Shown here: positions 18,146-27,529 of the stretch, one piece after another
How the letters are laid out: each line of letters starts with the position of its first letter
Position numbering within the stretch: position 1 is the stretch's first letter
IMG/VR virus record: IMGVR_UViG_3300044840_000108
Coordinates: 39,980-103,979 of that record
Length of the DNA stretch: 64,000 bases
DNA from: a virus
Lineage: Duplodnaviria; Caudoviricetes
Reading direction: 5' to 3' (one strand)
Notes under the pieces: generated by a model
Databases searched by the model: none
What the model saw: only the letters and a program-made list of their open reading frames with translations
Told to the model about the DNA's origin: nothing
Program-made: the position numbers and the translations under genes

Positions 18146-18453
18146 GCGGGCTCACCGCCGACCAGGTCGATGTAGCCGTAGTCGGCCAGCTCGCGCAATG
18201 CTGTCGTGATCGGCCCGTACAAGCCGGGGTTGTCCTCGATGAGGGTGTCCGCGGGGACCTCGGTCTTGCCGTCGGCGGCGTAGGACGCCAGGACCGCCGC
18301 GATGCCCTTGGCGAACTCGGTCAGGCCGCCCTGGCTGTCGATGATCTCGGTGATGAGGCCGTCAGGCGGCCAAGTGGTGTAGCCGAGCGGGGCGTTGACG
18401 CACTCCCCCCATCGGTCACCTAGACATACCGTGGGGTGGTTGAACTCACGCAT
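18142..18453 (-). CDS. Hypothetical protein, possible C-terminal wHTH
   Basis: ITTALRELADYGYI; GGAGAGG RBS. Confidence 0.65.
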   Translation of the reverse strand: MREFNHPTVCLGDRWGECVNAPLGYTTWPPDGLITEIIDSQGGLTEFAKGIAAVLASYAADGKTEVPADTLIEDNPGLYGPITTALRELADYGYIDLVGGEPA

Positions 18454-18552
18454 ACGTGCCTCTCCGACACGTCGCGCAGACTAGTGCTACCTGGTTCGGA
18501 CCATGTAGCATAAGCGGCACAACGTGTTCGCTGTCAGCGTGCGGGCGTTACC

Positions 18553-18578
18553 GGGTCAGGAGTTAGCGCTCCTGACCC
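18553..18578. promoter_or_regulatory. Hairpin GGGTCAGGAG-ttagcg-CTCCTGACCC upstream of the replication operon
   Basis: Perfect 10-bp inverted repeat. Confidence 0.5.
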
Positions 18579-18747
18579 GAACACGTTTCTGGGGGTTCCT
18601 GGTGGATCAATCCTTGCTGGTTACACCCTCCTTGTTCAACCGTGCGGCCTAGTGAGTCTTTAGGCCATCTGGGTGACGACTCGTCGGTAACACTGCTGGT
18701 GAACAGGTGTAACGGCTGGCCAGGTAGCTAGCCACGGCCCGGCGATT

Positions 18748-19539
18748 TCACCGCCGTCCGTCCAGTGGCCGGTAGTACATACCCTGTGCCTGGCGGATCT
18801 CCAGGGCGTGCCGCTCAAGCACCCGAGCCGCCTGCTGTAGCGCCGTTGACCAGTCCTGGCTGGGCATCGGTTGGTGTCGCATCTCGTCAACGACAGCCGC
18901 CGCTGCTTCCCACACTGCCGCCTCCCCAGTCGGGTCGTACCGATCGAAGCTGGGCAGCCGCGAGGGTGCGGGGAACGGCAAGGTGTCATCGATCAGCCGG
19001 TTCCGGGTGTCCCCGCCTGCGGTGCGTAGTTCGGCGACACGTTCGAACAGTGCCCCCGACTGCCGGCCCGGCGCGCTCCGCACGTCAACGGCCCGGAACC
19101 CCCGATCCTGGTAGTACCGGTGCAGGCCAGTGTTGGTGCGCCAGCAGTCCAAGCGCAGGTACAACGCGCCGGCCATCTCGGCACGAGCGCAACACCAGTC
19201 GAGCAGCAGGTCCCCCAACCCTCTGCTGCGACGATCCGAGCGGATCATGAACTTGTAGAGGTACAGCGCCGGCTGCGCCGCCTCAAGGGGAGTCCAGAAG
19301 TCCATATCGGCAGCGTCCAGGGTGAGGCTGGCAGCGATGTCGCCCGCGCCGGTGGTGATGACATAGGTGGTGCCCGCGTTGATCGAGTCGCGAATGTTGC
19401 GCTCTCCCGTGCTGGACACGGTCCACTGCTCGATTCCCTTGCAGCGCAACCATTTCTCTGCGTGAGCGCGCAAGCTGATAACAGCGTCAGTGTCGGCAGG
19501 CGTGGCGTAGCGGATGTGGTAGTCCACGGTAGGCGTCAC
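18748..19539 (-). CDS. GNAT-family acetyltransferase
   Basis: ALYLYKFMIRSDRRSRGLGDLLLDW...LRLDCWRTNTGLHRYYQDRGF. Confidence 0.9.
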   Translation of the reverse strand: MTPTVDYHIRYATPADTDAVISLRAHAEKWLRCKGIEQWTVSSTGERNIRDSINAGTTYVITTGAGDIAASLTLDAADMDFWTPLEAAQPALYLYKFMIRSDRRSRGLGDLLLDWCCARAEMAGALYLRLDCWRTNTGLHRYYQDRGFRAVDVRSAPGRQSGALFERVAELRTAGGDTRNRLIDDTLPFPAPSRLPSFDRYDPTGEAAVWEAAAAVVDEMRHQPMPSQDWSTALQQAARVLERHALEIRQAQGMYYRPLDGRR

Positions 19540-20360
19540 TCGGGCTCCTGTGTGGGTGTGGTGGAAGTGTCGGGTTGCGGCACGTCAAGCACATACTTCA
19601 GGTACTGCGAGGCGGCGTCGATCACGTTGACGATGACTCGTATGCGTCGCCCAGTCTCGTCCATGCCGACTCGGGCAAACTCAAGAACTGGTGTGCCAGG
19701 CTGAAGCGCCAAAAGCTTGATCTCGTCATCGGACGGCATCCGGGCCCGGATCTCGTCCACAAACTGGGTCTGCCGAATGCCAATTGACCGCATGATCCCG
19801 CCGTGCTTCGTAATGTTTTCGGCAATCAGCAACGGCGGCTCGCCGTCAGCGTCGGTCCGGACTGCGATGTCGTGCGGAAACCAAGAGTCGGCTATCACAA
19901 CCGGTACCCATGGCATGTCGGAGTCTTGTCGCACCATGCGAATACGACGCCGACGGAGCAGCCGCGTCCGGATCTCCGTGTCCAACCATCGGGCGATTGG
20001 CCGGGTGGCCTTTTCCCAGCCCACCGTCACCTCCTGGCGGGCTTGCCAATTCTGAGCGGCTACATCCTGCCCCCACTGGTCCCGGCCCTGGTCGGGGTCG
20101 TCAGCGTAGACGCGCTCAAATTTCGACGCATCGAAATACAGCTCCAGATGTTGTCGAACCACGCGGCCCGCGCCACGCCGGGTGGCGACTAGGCCCGCTT
20201 GTTCCAGTTGCGAAAACGCCCGCCGGGCAGTGTCTCGCGAGCAGCCGTATCGCTCCATTAGGTCGTTCTCGGTCGGCAGCCGATCGCCGGGCATGTAGTC
20301 GCCCTGGTCGATCTGGGTGCGCAGGTCGTCGTACATGACCTGCCATCGCGGCCGCCTCAA
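19536..20360 (-). CDS. GntR/HutC-family repressor (Kor/TraR-like; wHTH plus UTRA)
   Basis: LPTENDLMERYGCSRDTARRAFSQLEQAGLV..RRGAG; UTRA C-terminus; divergent from transfer operon. Confidence 0.92.
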   Translation of the reverse strand: MRRPRWQVMYDDLRTQIDQGDYMPGDRLPTENDLMERYGCSRDTARRAFSQLEQAGLVATRRGAGRVVRQHLELYFDASKFERVYADDPDQGRDQWGQDVAAQNWQARQEVTVGWEKATRPIARWLDTEIRTRLLRRRRIRMVRQDSDMPWVPVVIADSWFPHDIAVRTDADGEPPLLIAENITKHGGIMRSIGIRQTQFVDEIRARMPSDDEIKLLALQPGTPVLEFARVGMDETGRRIRVIVNVIDAASQYLKYVLDVPQPDTSTTPTQEPE

Positions 20361-20384
20361 CGCGCTCCCTCCGTTCGTTGCATG

Positions 20385-20460
20385 TTGATGACCGTACAGC
20401 ACTTGCGCCCGTCCGACAAAGCTCGTACTGTACGGATGTAAGCAAGTTTGACCGTACAAA
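20385..20460. promoter_or_regulatory. Divergent promoter/operator region with CCGTACA repeats
   Basis: TGACCGTACA twice (direct) and CTGTACGG inverted; lower GC. Confidence 0.6.
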
Positions 20461-20504
20461 GACCTTCCACCACGAAGCTCCGCACCCTGAAGGGAGTCCG
20501 CGAG

Positions 20505-20696
20505 ATGGCCAGCAAGCGCCGGACCCGCCGCGGCACCACCCCCAACCTGTCCACCGCTGTCCTGGACGCCATCATCGTGGCGGCCGGGAAGCCGAACCGC
20601 CGTAACCGCCAGCGCCTCGCCCTGGCCCTCGCCGCCGACTCGGCCCGCGTCACCGCTGCCCTGTTCGGCACCGAGACCCTGGCGGAGGTGGCGTGA
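20505..20696 (+). CDS. Small hypothetical protein
   Basis: GAAGGGAG RBS; first gene of rightward operon. Confidence 0.65.
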   Translation: MASKRRTRRGTTPNLSTAVLDAIIVAAGKPNRRNRQRLALALAADSARVTAALFGTETLAEVA

Positions 20697-20992
20697 CCGT
20701 GTCCACCACTTCCGCCGGCACCAGCCCCCGCACCCTTGAGCAGATCCGGGCGACCCGCGTGTCCGTGAGCGACGACGTCATCCTGTACGCCCTGCCGGCC
20801 TACGCCGAGAACGAGTTCCGCACCCTGATCGCCGAGGGCGCACCGCTCGACTACGCCGTCGAGGGCGCTGCCCGGATCGCGGTCGCCGAGGAACTGCGCC
20901 GGCTCATCGAAGAGGCACCGGAAGCGCTCGCCATCACCGTGGCGAAGTTGCGGGCCCGCGCCGACTATCTGGACCCGGACGGTGCCCAGTGA
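20693..20992 (+). CDS. Hypothetical protein
   Basis: Coupled ORF. Confidence 0.7.
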   Translation: MTVSTTSAGTSPRTLEQIRATRVSVSDDVILYALPAYAENEFRTLIAEGAPLDYAVEGAARIAVAEELRRLIEEAPEALAITVAKLRARADYLDPDGAQ

Positions 20993-21720
20993 GCACCAGC
21001 GGCATCAAGGTCGGCCAGTGGCCCGACGGCACCCCCATGTGGCCCGGCGGTAGTCGATCCGGCAAGTCCCGACTGGTCGATTTGTTGGCCGTGCAGACGG
21101 ACCGTGCCTACGCCTTCGGCGAGAAGAACCTCGATGAGGACACCCGCATTGACCGCCCCGCGCCCCGGCGTGCTGTCCGCCGGTCCTGCCAGCCTCGCCG
21201 CATGACCGACACCACGTCCCCGCTCTCCCCGGGCCCGGTCTTCCTGCCCAGCATGGCCGGTGCGATCGTCACCCAACTCAGGAACAACGGGTTCGACCCG
21301 CTCGGCGTGCTGTGCGTCGCGGAAGAGGCAGGCGAAGTCGTCGGCGCGTACCGCCGCTACGCCGGCCTGGCCCGCCGCCCGGGAACCCTCGCCGAACTCG
21401 GCGCGGAACTCGCCGATGTCGTGATCACCTCGTACGTGTCGGCCCACGCGATGCTGTTCGACCTGGACGCCGCGATCGGCGACACCGTCCTGGTCGGGGG
21501 GAACCGAGAACCGAAACTCCTGGTCCAGGCCCTGTTCGTCCAGGCGTCCCGGTTCGTTGAGGTCTACCCGCACCCGGCTAGCCGGTTCGCACTCGCGGGT
21601 CTGGCCGTGGCGGCCCGCTCGGTCGCCACCGCCCTGGACATCGACCTGGACGCAGCGATCCGGGACAAGGCGACCGTGATCTTCAGTCGTGGCTGGCGCG
21701 AAGGCGGTGACCAGTCGTGA
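20989..21720 (+). CDS. MazG-like nucleotide pyrophosphohydrolase (domain from ~21202) with N-terminal TraB-like Walker A fragment
   Basis: VAEEAGEVVGAY...ELGAELADVVI...IDLDAAIRDK. Confidence 0.8.
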   Translation: MSTSGIKVGQWPDGTPMWPGGSRSGKSRLVDLLAVQTDRAYAFGEKNLDEDTRIDRPAPRRAVRRSCQPRRMTDTTSPLSPGPVFLPSMAGAIVTQLRNNGFDPLGVLCVAEEAGEVVGAYRRYAGLARRPGTLAELGAELADVVITSYVSAHAMLFDLDAAIGDTVLVGGNREPKLLVQALFVQASRFVEVYPHPASRFALAGLAVAARSVATALDIDLDAAIRDKATVIFSRGWREGGDQS

Positions 21721-21938
21721 CGACCCTGCCCATGTCGGTCGGCACCCAGCCCGCTGGCCCCGGTGACGGATTCGACCACATCGTGGGCGATGTCCAGTAC
21801 TGGCTGGACCGGCTCGGCGTGAAGATCCCCCGCGCGTTGTGCGGCGAGTCCCTGGCTGGCGAGGAACCGGCCACGCGCGAGGGCAACGGGCGACCGGTGT
21901 GCCCGACGTGTGCCGCGAAAGCGGGGTGGCGGGCGTGA
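21717..21938 (+). CDS. Small zinc-binding protein
   Basis: H...ALCGE...PVCPTC. Confidence 0.65.
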   Translation: MTTLPMSVGTQPAGPGDGFDHIVGDVQYWLDRLGVKIPRALCGESLAGEEPATREGNGRPVCPTCAAKAGWRA

Positions 21939-22174
21939 CCACCAGCATCAAGTCGCGCCCCGCCGACACCCTCCGGGACTACGACGACGTCATCGAGGGC
22001 GACTGCCCCACCTGCAAGCACGGGCCGTGGCCCCTGACCGACGAGGGCCGGGTACCGCAGCACGACCGACGCCGCCCCGGCAAGGGCCACGTGAACTGTG
22101 TCGGCGCCTACCGTCCCGCAGTCAACACCCGGGTCCGGCCGTACGTGTTCGTGGAGGGCGTGGTGTTCCTGTGA
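21935..22174 (+). CDS. Small zinc-finger protein
   Basis: CPTC...H...CVG. Confidence 0.6.
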   Translation: MTTSIKSRPADTLRDYDDVIEGDCPTCKHGPWPLTDEGRVPQHDRRRPGKGHVNCVGAYRPAVNTRVRPYVFVEGVVFL

Positions 22175-22283
22175 GCGACATGAAGAAGCTGTTGCAGGAC
22201 CTGACCCGGCTGGTCGACGTGGACGACGCCCCACCCCAGGACGTGTCGGACCTCGTCGCGAACGCTACCGACAGCGGTGCACG

Positions 22284-22592
22284 GTGACCGCCCCCGCTGA
22301 CCTGGCCGTGTTGGCACTGCTGGACCAGGTGGTCGTCGGCGGTGCCGTACCGGCATGGCAGGACGCCGCACTGTGCGCCCAAATCGATCCGGACCTGTTC
22401 TACCCGGAGAAGGGCGGTACGACCGCGGGCGCCAAGCGGATCTGTCAAAGCTGCGACGTGCGGGCCGAATGCCTTCAGGACGCCCTGGACAACCGAGACG
22501 AGTTCGGCATTTGGGGCGGAAAGTCAGCGCGGGCGCGCCGGAAGTTGCTCACCCCACGTTTCCCGAAGCCCAGTCAGGAGGTAGCAGCGTGA
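22284..22592 (+). CDS. whiB: WhiB-family Fe-S transcription regulator
   Basis: WQDAALCAQIDPDLFYPEKG...ICQSCDVRAECL...FGIWGG. Confidence 0.93.
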   Translation: MTAPADLAVLALLDQVVVGGAVPAWQDAALCAQIDPDLFYPEKGGTTAGAKRICQSCDVRAECLQDALDNRDEFGIWGGKSARARRKLLTPRFPKPSQEVAA

Positions 22593-22936
22593 TCACCATT
22601 CGACCGGGCCACGTCGCGGCGGGCGTGCTCCTCGCGGTGACCCTCGCCCGGGGACCGGCTGGCTGCCAAGCGCCACCGACCGGCCCTGCCGCACCCGTCG
22701 ACCAGCCCCCGGTAGCCGCAGTCATACATGACGCCGGTAAGTGCCTGCCGGGTTGGGTGTGCACCCCCGGCACCAACCGGTGCAGCCCGGACTACGTGTG
22801 CGGCACCTGCCCAGACACGAAGGACTACAAGGGCAACTCGTGGAGCTACCTCAACGACGGCTCCGAACTGGCCCGTGAGTTGCAGACCGACCCCCGGTTG
22901 ATCCCGATCGTCGATCCGCGAAGGCCGTGTGGGTGA
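22589..22936 (+). CDS. Secreted Cys-rich small protein
   Basis: Signal-like N-terminus; CLPGWVCTPGTNRCSPDYVCGTC. Confidence 0.6.
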   Translation: MITIRPGHVAAGVLLAVTLARGPAGCQAPPTGPAAPVDQPPVAAVIHDAGKCLPGWVCTPGTNRCSPDYVCGTCPDTKDYKGNSWSYLNDGSELARELQTDPRLIPIVDPRRPCG

Positions 22937-23228
22937 TGCGCCAGTCACGGGAGTTGACGGACCAGGAGTACCTGGACCTGTGCGACTGCGCTTGCGACCT
23001 GGTGCAGGGCACCCATCCGGCCGGGCAGTGCGGATCGAGCCGGCCGCAGCAGTGACCGCCCGACCTGTTTGGTAATCGACGAATAAGGCAGACGCGACGT
23101 AAGGGAGCGGTAGTGGACGAGATGGCGGGACAGGCTGTGTCGGTCGGTGACCCCACGCGGGGCCAAGGCCAAGATGCCGCCATGCCCACCACCCGCACGC
23201 ACAAACTTCGCCAGGAGGCGAACTGACC

Positions 23229-24731
23229 ATGTGGCCATTCACCGCCCGCCGCTCCCCCCTGCACGCCGCCGAACCAGGCAAGCCCACCCTGTCCCGCGCT
23301 GCCCGCCGGCGCCGGGAACGCATCGACCTGAACAAGCGGGAGACGCTCGCGCGGCTGGAGACCCAACGCCGAGAGCTGGAAGTCACCCGCGAGTTGGATG
23401 TCTACGCGGAGGAGAAGGCGGAACGGGCGGAATCCCGCAAGGCGGGCGCCACCCGCCAGGCCCGTGAAGCGCTGAGCCGGCGACTGCGGGCGTTCCGGAC
23501 ACGACTGGACAACGACCGCCCCCTGCTGGCCGCGCTGATCGTGTCCGGGCTGTCCCTGATCGCCACGATCGCAGGCCAGTTGATGGTCTACACGTCCCTG
23601 AACTGGCACGGCTACGCCGCGCTGGCCTACATCCTGCCGTTCATCGTGGAGGGTGCGACCTGGTCGTTCGCGATCTACTCGCAGTGGCTCGCCACCAGGC
23701 CCTGGCCGTTGCCCTATGCCAAGTACACCCGCCTGATGTGGCTGTTTGCCGCCTACGCCGCGACCGCGAACACCTATCACGTCAGCCACACCCTGCGGGA
23801 TGTCGTCACTGGCGCGCTGCTTGGCGGTGCCAGTCTGGTCGGTCCGTTCGTGTGGCACTCCTACATCACCCTGACCCGGACGGCCCGGTCCGGTCGGTCC
23901 GCCGCACAGATCCGGGCGGCCCTGTTGCAGCGACTGTTCAACCCGTTGCTGTCGCTGCGCACAGCGAAACTGTGGGCTGCGGCGGGTGGCGCGATGACCC
24001 GGGACCAAGCCTGGCTGTTGGTGTACCGGAACGTGCACGGCCACTTCCCCGGCCAGCACTCCACCACACGCCAGGTCACGGCCCGTAACCAGTGGCTGTG
24101 GGTAATGGTGCGGCCGTTCGTTGGTCGCGTCATCAATCCGACCGCTGGCGCAGCACCGCTGAGTGCTGACTCAGCACCGTCGGCACCGCTGAGCAGCACC
24201 GCTGAGCGAACCGGCGTCAGCGCTCCCCGCACCGCTGACCGGGTGCTCGTGCCAGCGCTGCCCAGCGGCGCTGAGGACATCAATCCCAGCGCGCTGGGAG
24301 ACGACGTGGAGGACTGGCTACGGGGACTCGAAAACCTGCCGGGCGGGACCGCTGAGGAGCGCTCCCCTGCACCGCTGAGCGGCGACCGTTCTGGGAGGTC
24401 AAACCCGGTTTCGGAGGCCGCTGAGGTACCTGGTCAGCGCACCGCTGACCAGGCCGCCGAGGCCGCCCCGGCCAGCGGTGAACAGCGCGCCCAAGCCAGC
24501 GGTCGTAAGAGCGCTGGGAAGCGGGCCCGCCAGCGGGCTGCCGAGCAAGCCCGCCGGGACTTCCGGCCAGCGATCGAGACGTACTTCCGGGACCGCATCA
24601 GCGCTGGCGCTGACCCGGCCGCGATTACCGGAACTGAGGTGGCTCGTAAGACGGGGGCCGCTGACTCGACCGCCCGCAACATCCTGGCCGACCTCAAGCG
24701 CAGCTACCGACAGTCACAGGACGGTGCGTGA
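23229..24731 (+). CDS. SpdB/DUF2637-like spread protein (coiled coil, 4 TM, C-terminal HTH)
   Basis: N-terminal coiled coil; TMs with LPFIVEG; ITGTEVARKTGAADSTARNIL. Confidence 0.8.
   Translation: MWPFTARRSPLHAAEPGKPTLSRAARRRRERIDLNKRETLARLETQRRELEVTRELDVYAEEKAERAESRKAGATRQAREALSRRLRAFRTRLDNDRPLLAALIVSGLSLIATIAGQLMVYTSLNWHGYAALAYILPFIVEGATWSFAIYSQWLATRPWPLPYAKYTRLMWLFAAYAATANTYHVSHTLRDVVTGALLGGASLVGPFVWHSYITLTRTARSGRSAAQIRAALLQRLFNPLLSLRTAKLWAAAGGAMTRDQAWLLVYRNVHGHFPGQHSTTRQVTARNQWLWVMVRPFVGRVINPTAGAAPLSADSAPSAPLSSTAERTGVSAPRTADRVLVPALPSGAEDINPSALGDDVEDWLRGLENLPGGTAEERSPAPLSGDRSGRSNPVSEAAEVPGQRTADQAAEAAPASGEQRAQASGRKSAGKRARQRAAEQARRDFRPAIETYFRDRISAGADPAAITGTEVARKTGAADSTARNILADLKRSYRQSQDGA
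24155..24449 (+). repeat. Cluster of ACCGCTGA 8-mer direct repeats (candidate clt or Spd binding sites)
   Basis: Exact copies at 24155, 24185, 24198, 24231, 24348, 24371, 24441, in two reading frames. Confidence 0.75.
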
Positions 24732-24991
24732 TGGCCGGTACACGCAGGGGCGCGCACGGGACCGGGCGCCGGACCCGCCGGGAGGTTCGGCCGATCGAGC
24801 GGCAGGAGCGGCTCGCCGAACGCCTGTCGCAACTCACGGCGACGCCGCGGGAGCGGGTGTCGTGGGCGTCGGCGCACCTGCGGGCTGTGATGGCCGACCC
24901 GGGACAGGACCCAGGTCGGGTCGCCCAGACAGCGGCGATGGCAGTCACGTATCTGATCAAACTGGCGAGCGAATTGGAGGGTCCGCAGTGA
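24728..24991 (+). CDS. Hypothetical protein (transfer region)
   Basis: Coupled ORF. Confidence 0.65.
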   Translation: MMAGTRRGAHGTGRRTRREVRPIERQERLAERLSQLTATPRERVSWASAHLRAVMADPGQDPGRVAQTAAMAVTYLIKLASELEGPQ

Positions 24992-25443
24992 ACGGCAGCC
25001 ATCGACGGGAGGCACCCGAGGACTACCCGGGCGATGGGGGAGTCCTCACGGACAGTCAACCCACACCCGCACCCCACACTGTGGGTGCGGATTGGGAGGG
25101 GGACCCGGGGGAGGGGTCAACGCGCACACGTGCACACGTGCGCGCGAGGATACCGCGCCCCCCGGCCGTACCGGAACTGTTACGCACCCTCTTCGTCGGT
25201 GACACACCGTGGCCGTTCGGCGAGACGCTGCCCAGGATGGGGCAGCGCCTCGACTACACGTTGCACGGCGAGTGGTGCGACCCGAAGGCCACGAAACTGC
25301 GGTGGGCAGTACTGCTGCTGTTCACGGTGCCCATCGCGTGCCCAATCGCCGCCGGGATCGATCTCCTGGACTGGGTCGCGTTCCCACCCGGCCGCCTACT
25401 CATCGCTGTGCTGTTGACGTGGCTGCTCGCGGCCAACCTCTAA
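24988..25443 (+). CDS. Membrane protein (Spd-like)
   Basis: Two C-terminal TMs. Confidence 0.65.
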   Translation: MNGSHRREAPEDYPGDGGVLTDSQPTPAPHTVGADWEGDPGEGSTRTRAHVRARIPRPPAVPELLRTLFVGDTPWPFGETLPRMGQRLDYTLHGEWCDPKATKLRWAVLLLFTVPIACPIAAGIDLLDWVAFPPGRLLIAVLLTWLLAANL

Positions 25444-25465
25444 CAAACGGAAGGAAACGGACGAC

Positions 25466-26014
25466 ATGACCCAGTTGTTCACAACGGTTGCGGGCGGTAT
25501 CGCGCTGATCGGGCTGGCGCTGCTGCTGAAGTGGAAGAAGCCGCACTGGAACGGGTTGCGGGCGGTGGTGATGCTGGCTGGCGGGATCGCGACCATCAAG
25601 ATCCTGGCGAAGATCCAGGGCGTTACCGTGGCCAACGGCGCCCACAACGACGGCTGGCTACAGGAGCTGATCGCGTTGCTTGGCCGCAAGAGCGCGGGGA
25701 TCCCGAAGGTCGGCGACGCGATGTCCAGCGTGCTGGCTGCGATCGCAACCGCGTTGCCGTGGGTGGTGGCGGCGGTACTCACCGGCTGGCTACTGATTGA
25801 CATTTTCCCGCGAGTCATGGCCCTGCGCCGCGGCGGCGGGTCCGGCGGAGGCTACGGCCGCCTGGCAGGGGTACCGGGAGGTAACGGCGGAGGCGGCGGC
25901 CGCCTGGCAGGGGTGCATGAGGCCACCTCCCACACCATGTGGGTCGCCCTGTGGGTGCCCGCCTCGATCGCGCTCGTCCCGCCGCTGGCCCACGCCCTGA
26001 AGATGGGCGGCTGA
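25466..26014 (+). CDS. Multi-pass membrane protein (Spd-like)
   Basis: Four hydrophobic segments; Gly-rich duplicated linker. Confidence 0.75.
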   Translation: MTQLFTTVAGGIALIGLALLLKWKKPHWNGLRAVVMLAGGIATIKILAKIQGVTVANGAHNDGWLQELIALLGRKSAGIPKVGDAMSSVLAAIATALPWVVAAVLTGWLLIDIFPRVMALRRGGGSGGGYGRLAGVPGGNGGGGGRLAGVHEATSHTMWVALWVPASIALVPPLAHALKMGG

Positions 26015-26015
26015 C

Positions 26016-27431
26016 ATGGAATTACTGCTACTGGCCTTCGCCCTGGCCTACCTGGCGGTGTACCGCGGCGGGGTCGGCACCTACTGCGCCATCACGAAAA
26101 CCGAGCCGCCATGGGTGCGCAACCGCCGCGAACGGCTCGTGAACCACGAAACCGTGAAGGGCCGTAGGGCTGTCGCGGTCGAATCGAACCGCACGATGCG
26201 GGGGTTCCTGGGTCGGCTATGGGGAAACTTGTGGGAGGACGCCAACCGGCTCGCTGCTGAACGGCGCGCTGAACATCAGGCGTGGACCTTGAACGGCGGG
26301 CCCCGGCCACCGGTGTGGCGACGGATCGCGAACTGGTGGTCCGCCGCCCTGCTCGCCGGCAACCAGCAGTCGGCCCCGGCCAGCAACGACACCGATACGG
26401 ACACTGAGTCGTGGGATGTGTGCCTGCATCCGGTGGAGCGGCCGGACGGAGAACTGGGGTCATGCGGGCGGCGCTACTCGTACACGGTCGACCCGGACAC
26501 GAATAGGCGATCAACCTTCGACTGTGGCCAGCACCTGCCACTGGAGCCAGTCCAGCCGCCGCCCGCCGTGCCGGTTCCGGCGCCAACCCCGGCGCTGCCC
26601 GAACTACCCGCCACGCCGGTTGCTCCGTTTCTACAACCGGACGACTGCCCGGTCTCGCCAACGGAACGTCATGACTGGCAGGAGCGGGAAACGACGCAGG
26701 GCGCGAGGCGTGGGTGCGTGTACTGCCTCGCCGGATTCGATGCTGAATTGCTGTCGACGAGGCCCGAGCCAGGGTGCCCCTGGATTCGGCCAGGGACTCG
26801 CCAGGCGTGTGGGCAGCCGCTCTACCTGGACACCTCGTGGTGCGCCAACCACTACGCCATCGGCAGCTTGAGTGAATGCCAGTGGGGCAGCGGTAACCCG
26901 GCAGTGCCGAACTGTCCGAACGCGCGGCTGCCGTTCCAGCCGTTCTGCGAAGAACATGACGCCGAGTTCGTGTCCCGCACCACCAATCCAAATGATGCTC
27001 CACCCGCCTCGGCGGGAACCACCGAAACGTCCGCCAGTACTGCCGCATCCGACTCGCTGGCGACGGTCACACCCATCAATCGCACCACCAATCGAGAGGA
27101 CTCACCTGTGAGTACCCCCACGAACGCCGCCACCGAGGTGGCCACCGTCCAGACGCTGCTCGTGTTCGCCGACTCGCTCGTCGCGAACGGCAATGTCGAG
27201 TGGGCCCAGAGGATGGAGCAGGTCCGCACCGCCGCGACCGACTCCGGCCTGGCCAACGACCCCCGCATCCTCGCGGTGTTCAGCAGGGTCGAGGAACTCG
27301 CCCAGGGCATCGCCGCCCAGGGCACCGAACTCACCGCCGCACTGAACGCGGGCCACGTCCAGGCGGCGGAGAACGTGTCCGGGCTCGGCAGCCGGGCCGC
27401 CGACAAGACCACCACCTACCAGAACCAGTAA
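26016..27431 (+). CDS. TraA-like pre-TraB protein: TM, Cys-rich centre, helical C-terminal domain
   Basis: Directly upstream of TraB; in-frame internal GTG with RBS at 27108. Confidence 0.65.
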   Translation: MELLLLAFALAYLAVYRGGVGTYCAITKTEPPWVRNRRERLVNHETVKGRRAVAVESNRTMRGFLGRLWGNLWEDANRLAAERRAEHQAWTLNGGPRPPVWRRIANWWSAALLAGNQQSAPASNDTDTDTESWDVCLHPVERPDGELGSCGRRYSYTVDPDTNRRSTFDCGQHLPLEPVQPPPAVPVPAPTPALPELPATPVAPFLQPDDCPVSPTERHDWQERETTQGARRGCVYCLAGFDAELLSTRPEPGCPWIRPGTRQACGQPLYLDTSWCANHYAIGSLSECQWGSGNPAVPNCPNARLPFQPFCEEHDAEFVSRTTNPNDAPPASAGTTETSASTAASDSLATVTPINRTTNREDSPVSTPTNAATEVATVQTLLVFADSLVANGNVEWAQRMEQVRTAATDSGLANDPRILAVFSRVEELAQGIAAQGTELTAALNAGHVQAAENVSGLGSRAADKTTTYQNQ

Positions 27432-27529
27432 CCGGTACGACCGTTCCCGCCGAGCCAGGGCCACGTCCTGGCCCGTGCGGAAACAGCCGGCACCTCCGAC
27501 CACCACTCAAACCAGCCGGGAGGCACCTC

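Noticed and set aside
25120-25148. Alternating purine-pyrimidine palindromic run (ACGCGCACACGTGCACACGTGCGCGCG)
   Set aside because: Single short instance in coding sequence; no function can be supported
25843-25915. Short tandem duplication
   Set aside because: In-frame Gly-rich linker repeat (GRLAGV twice)
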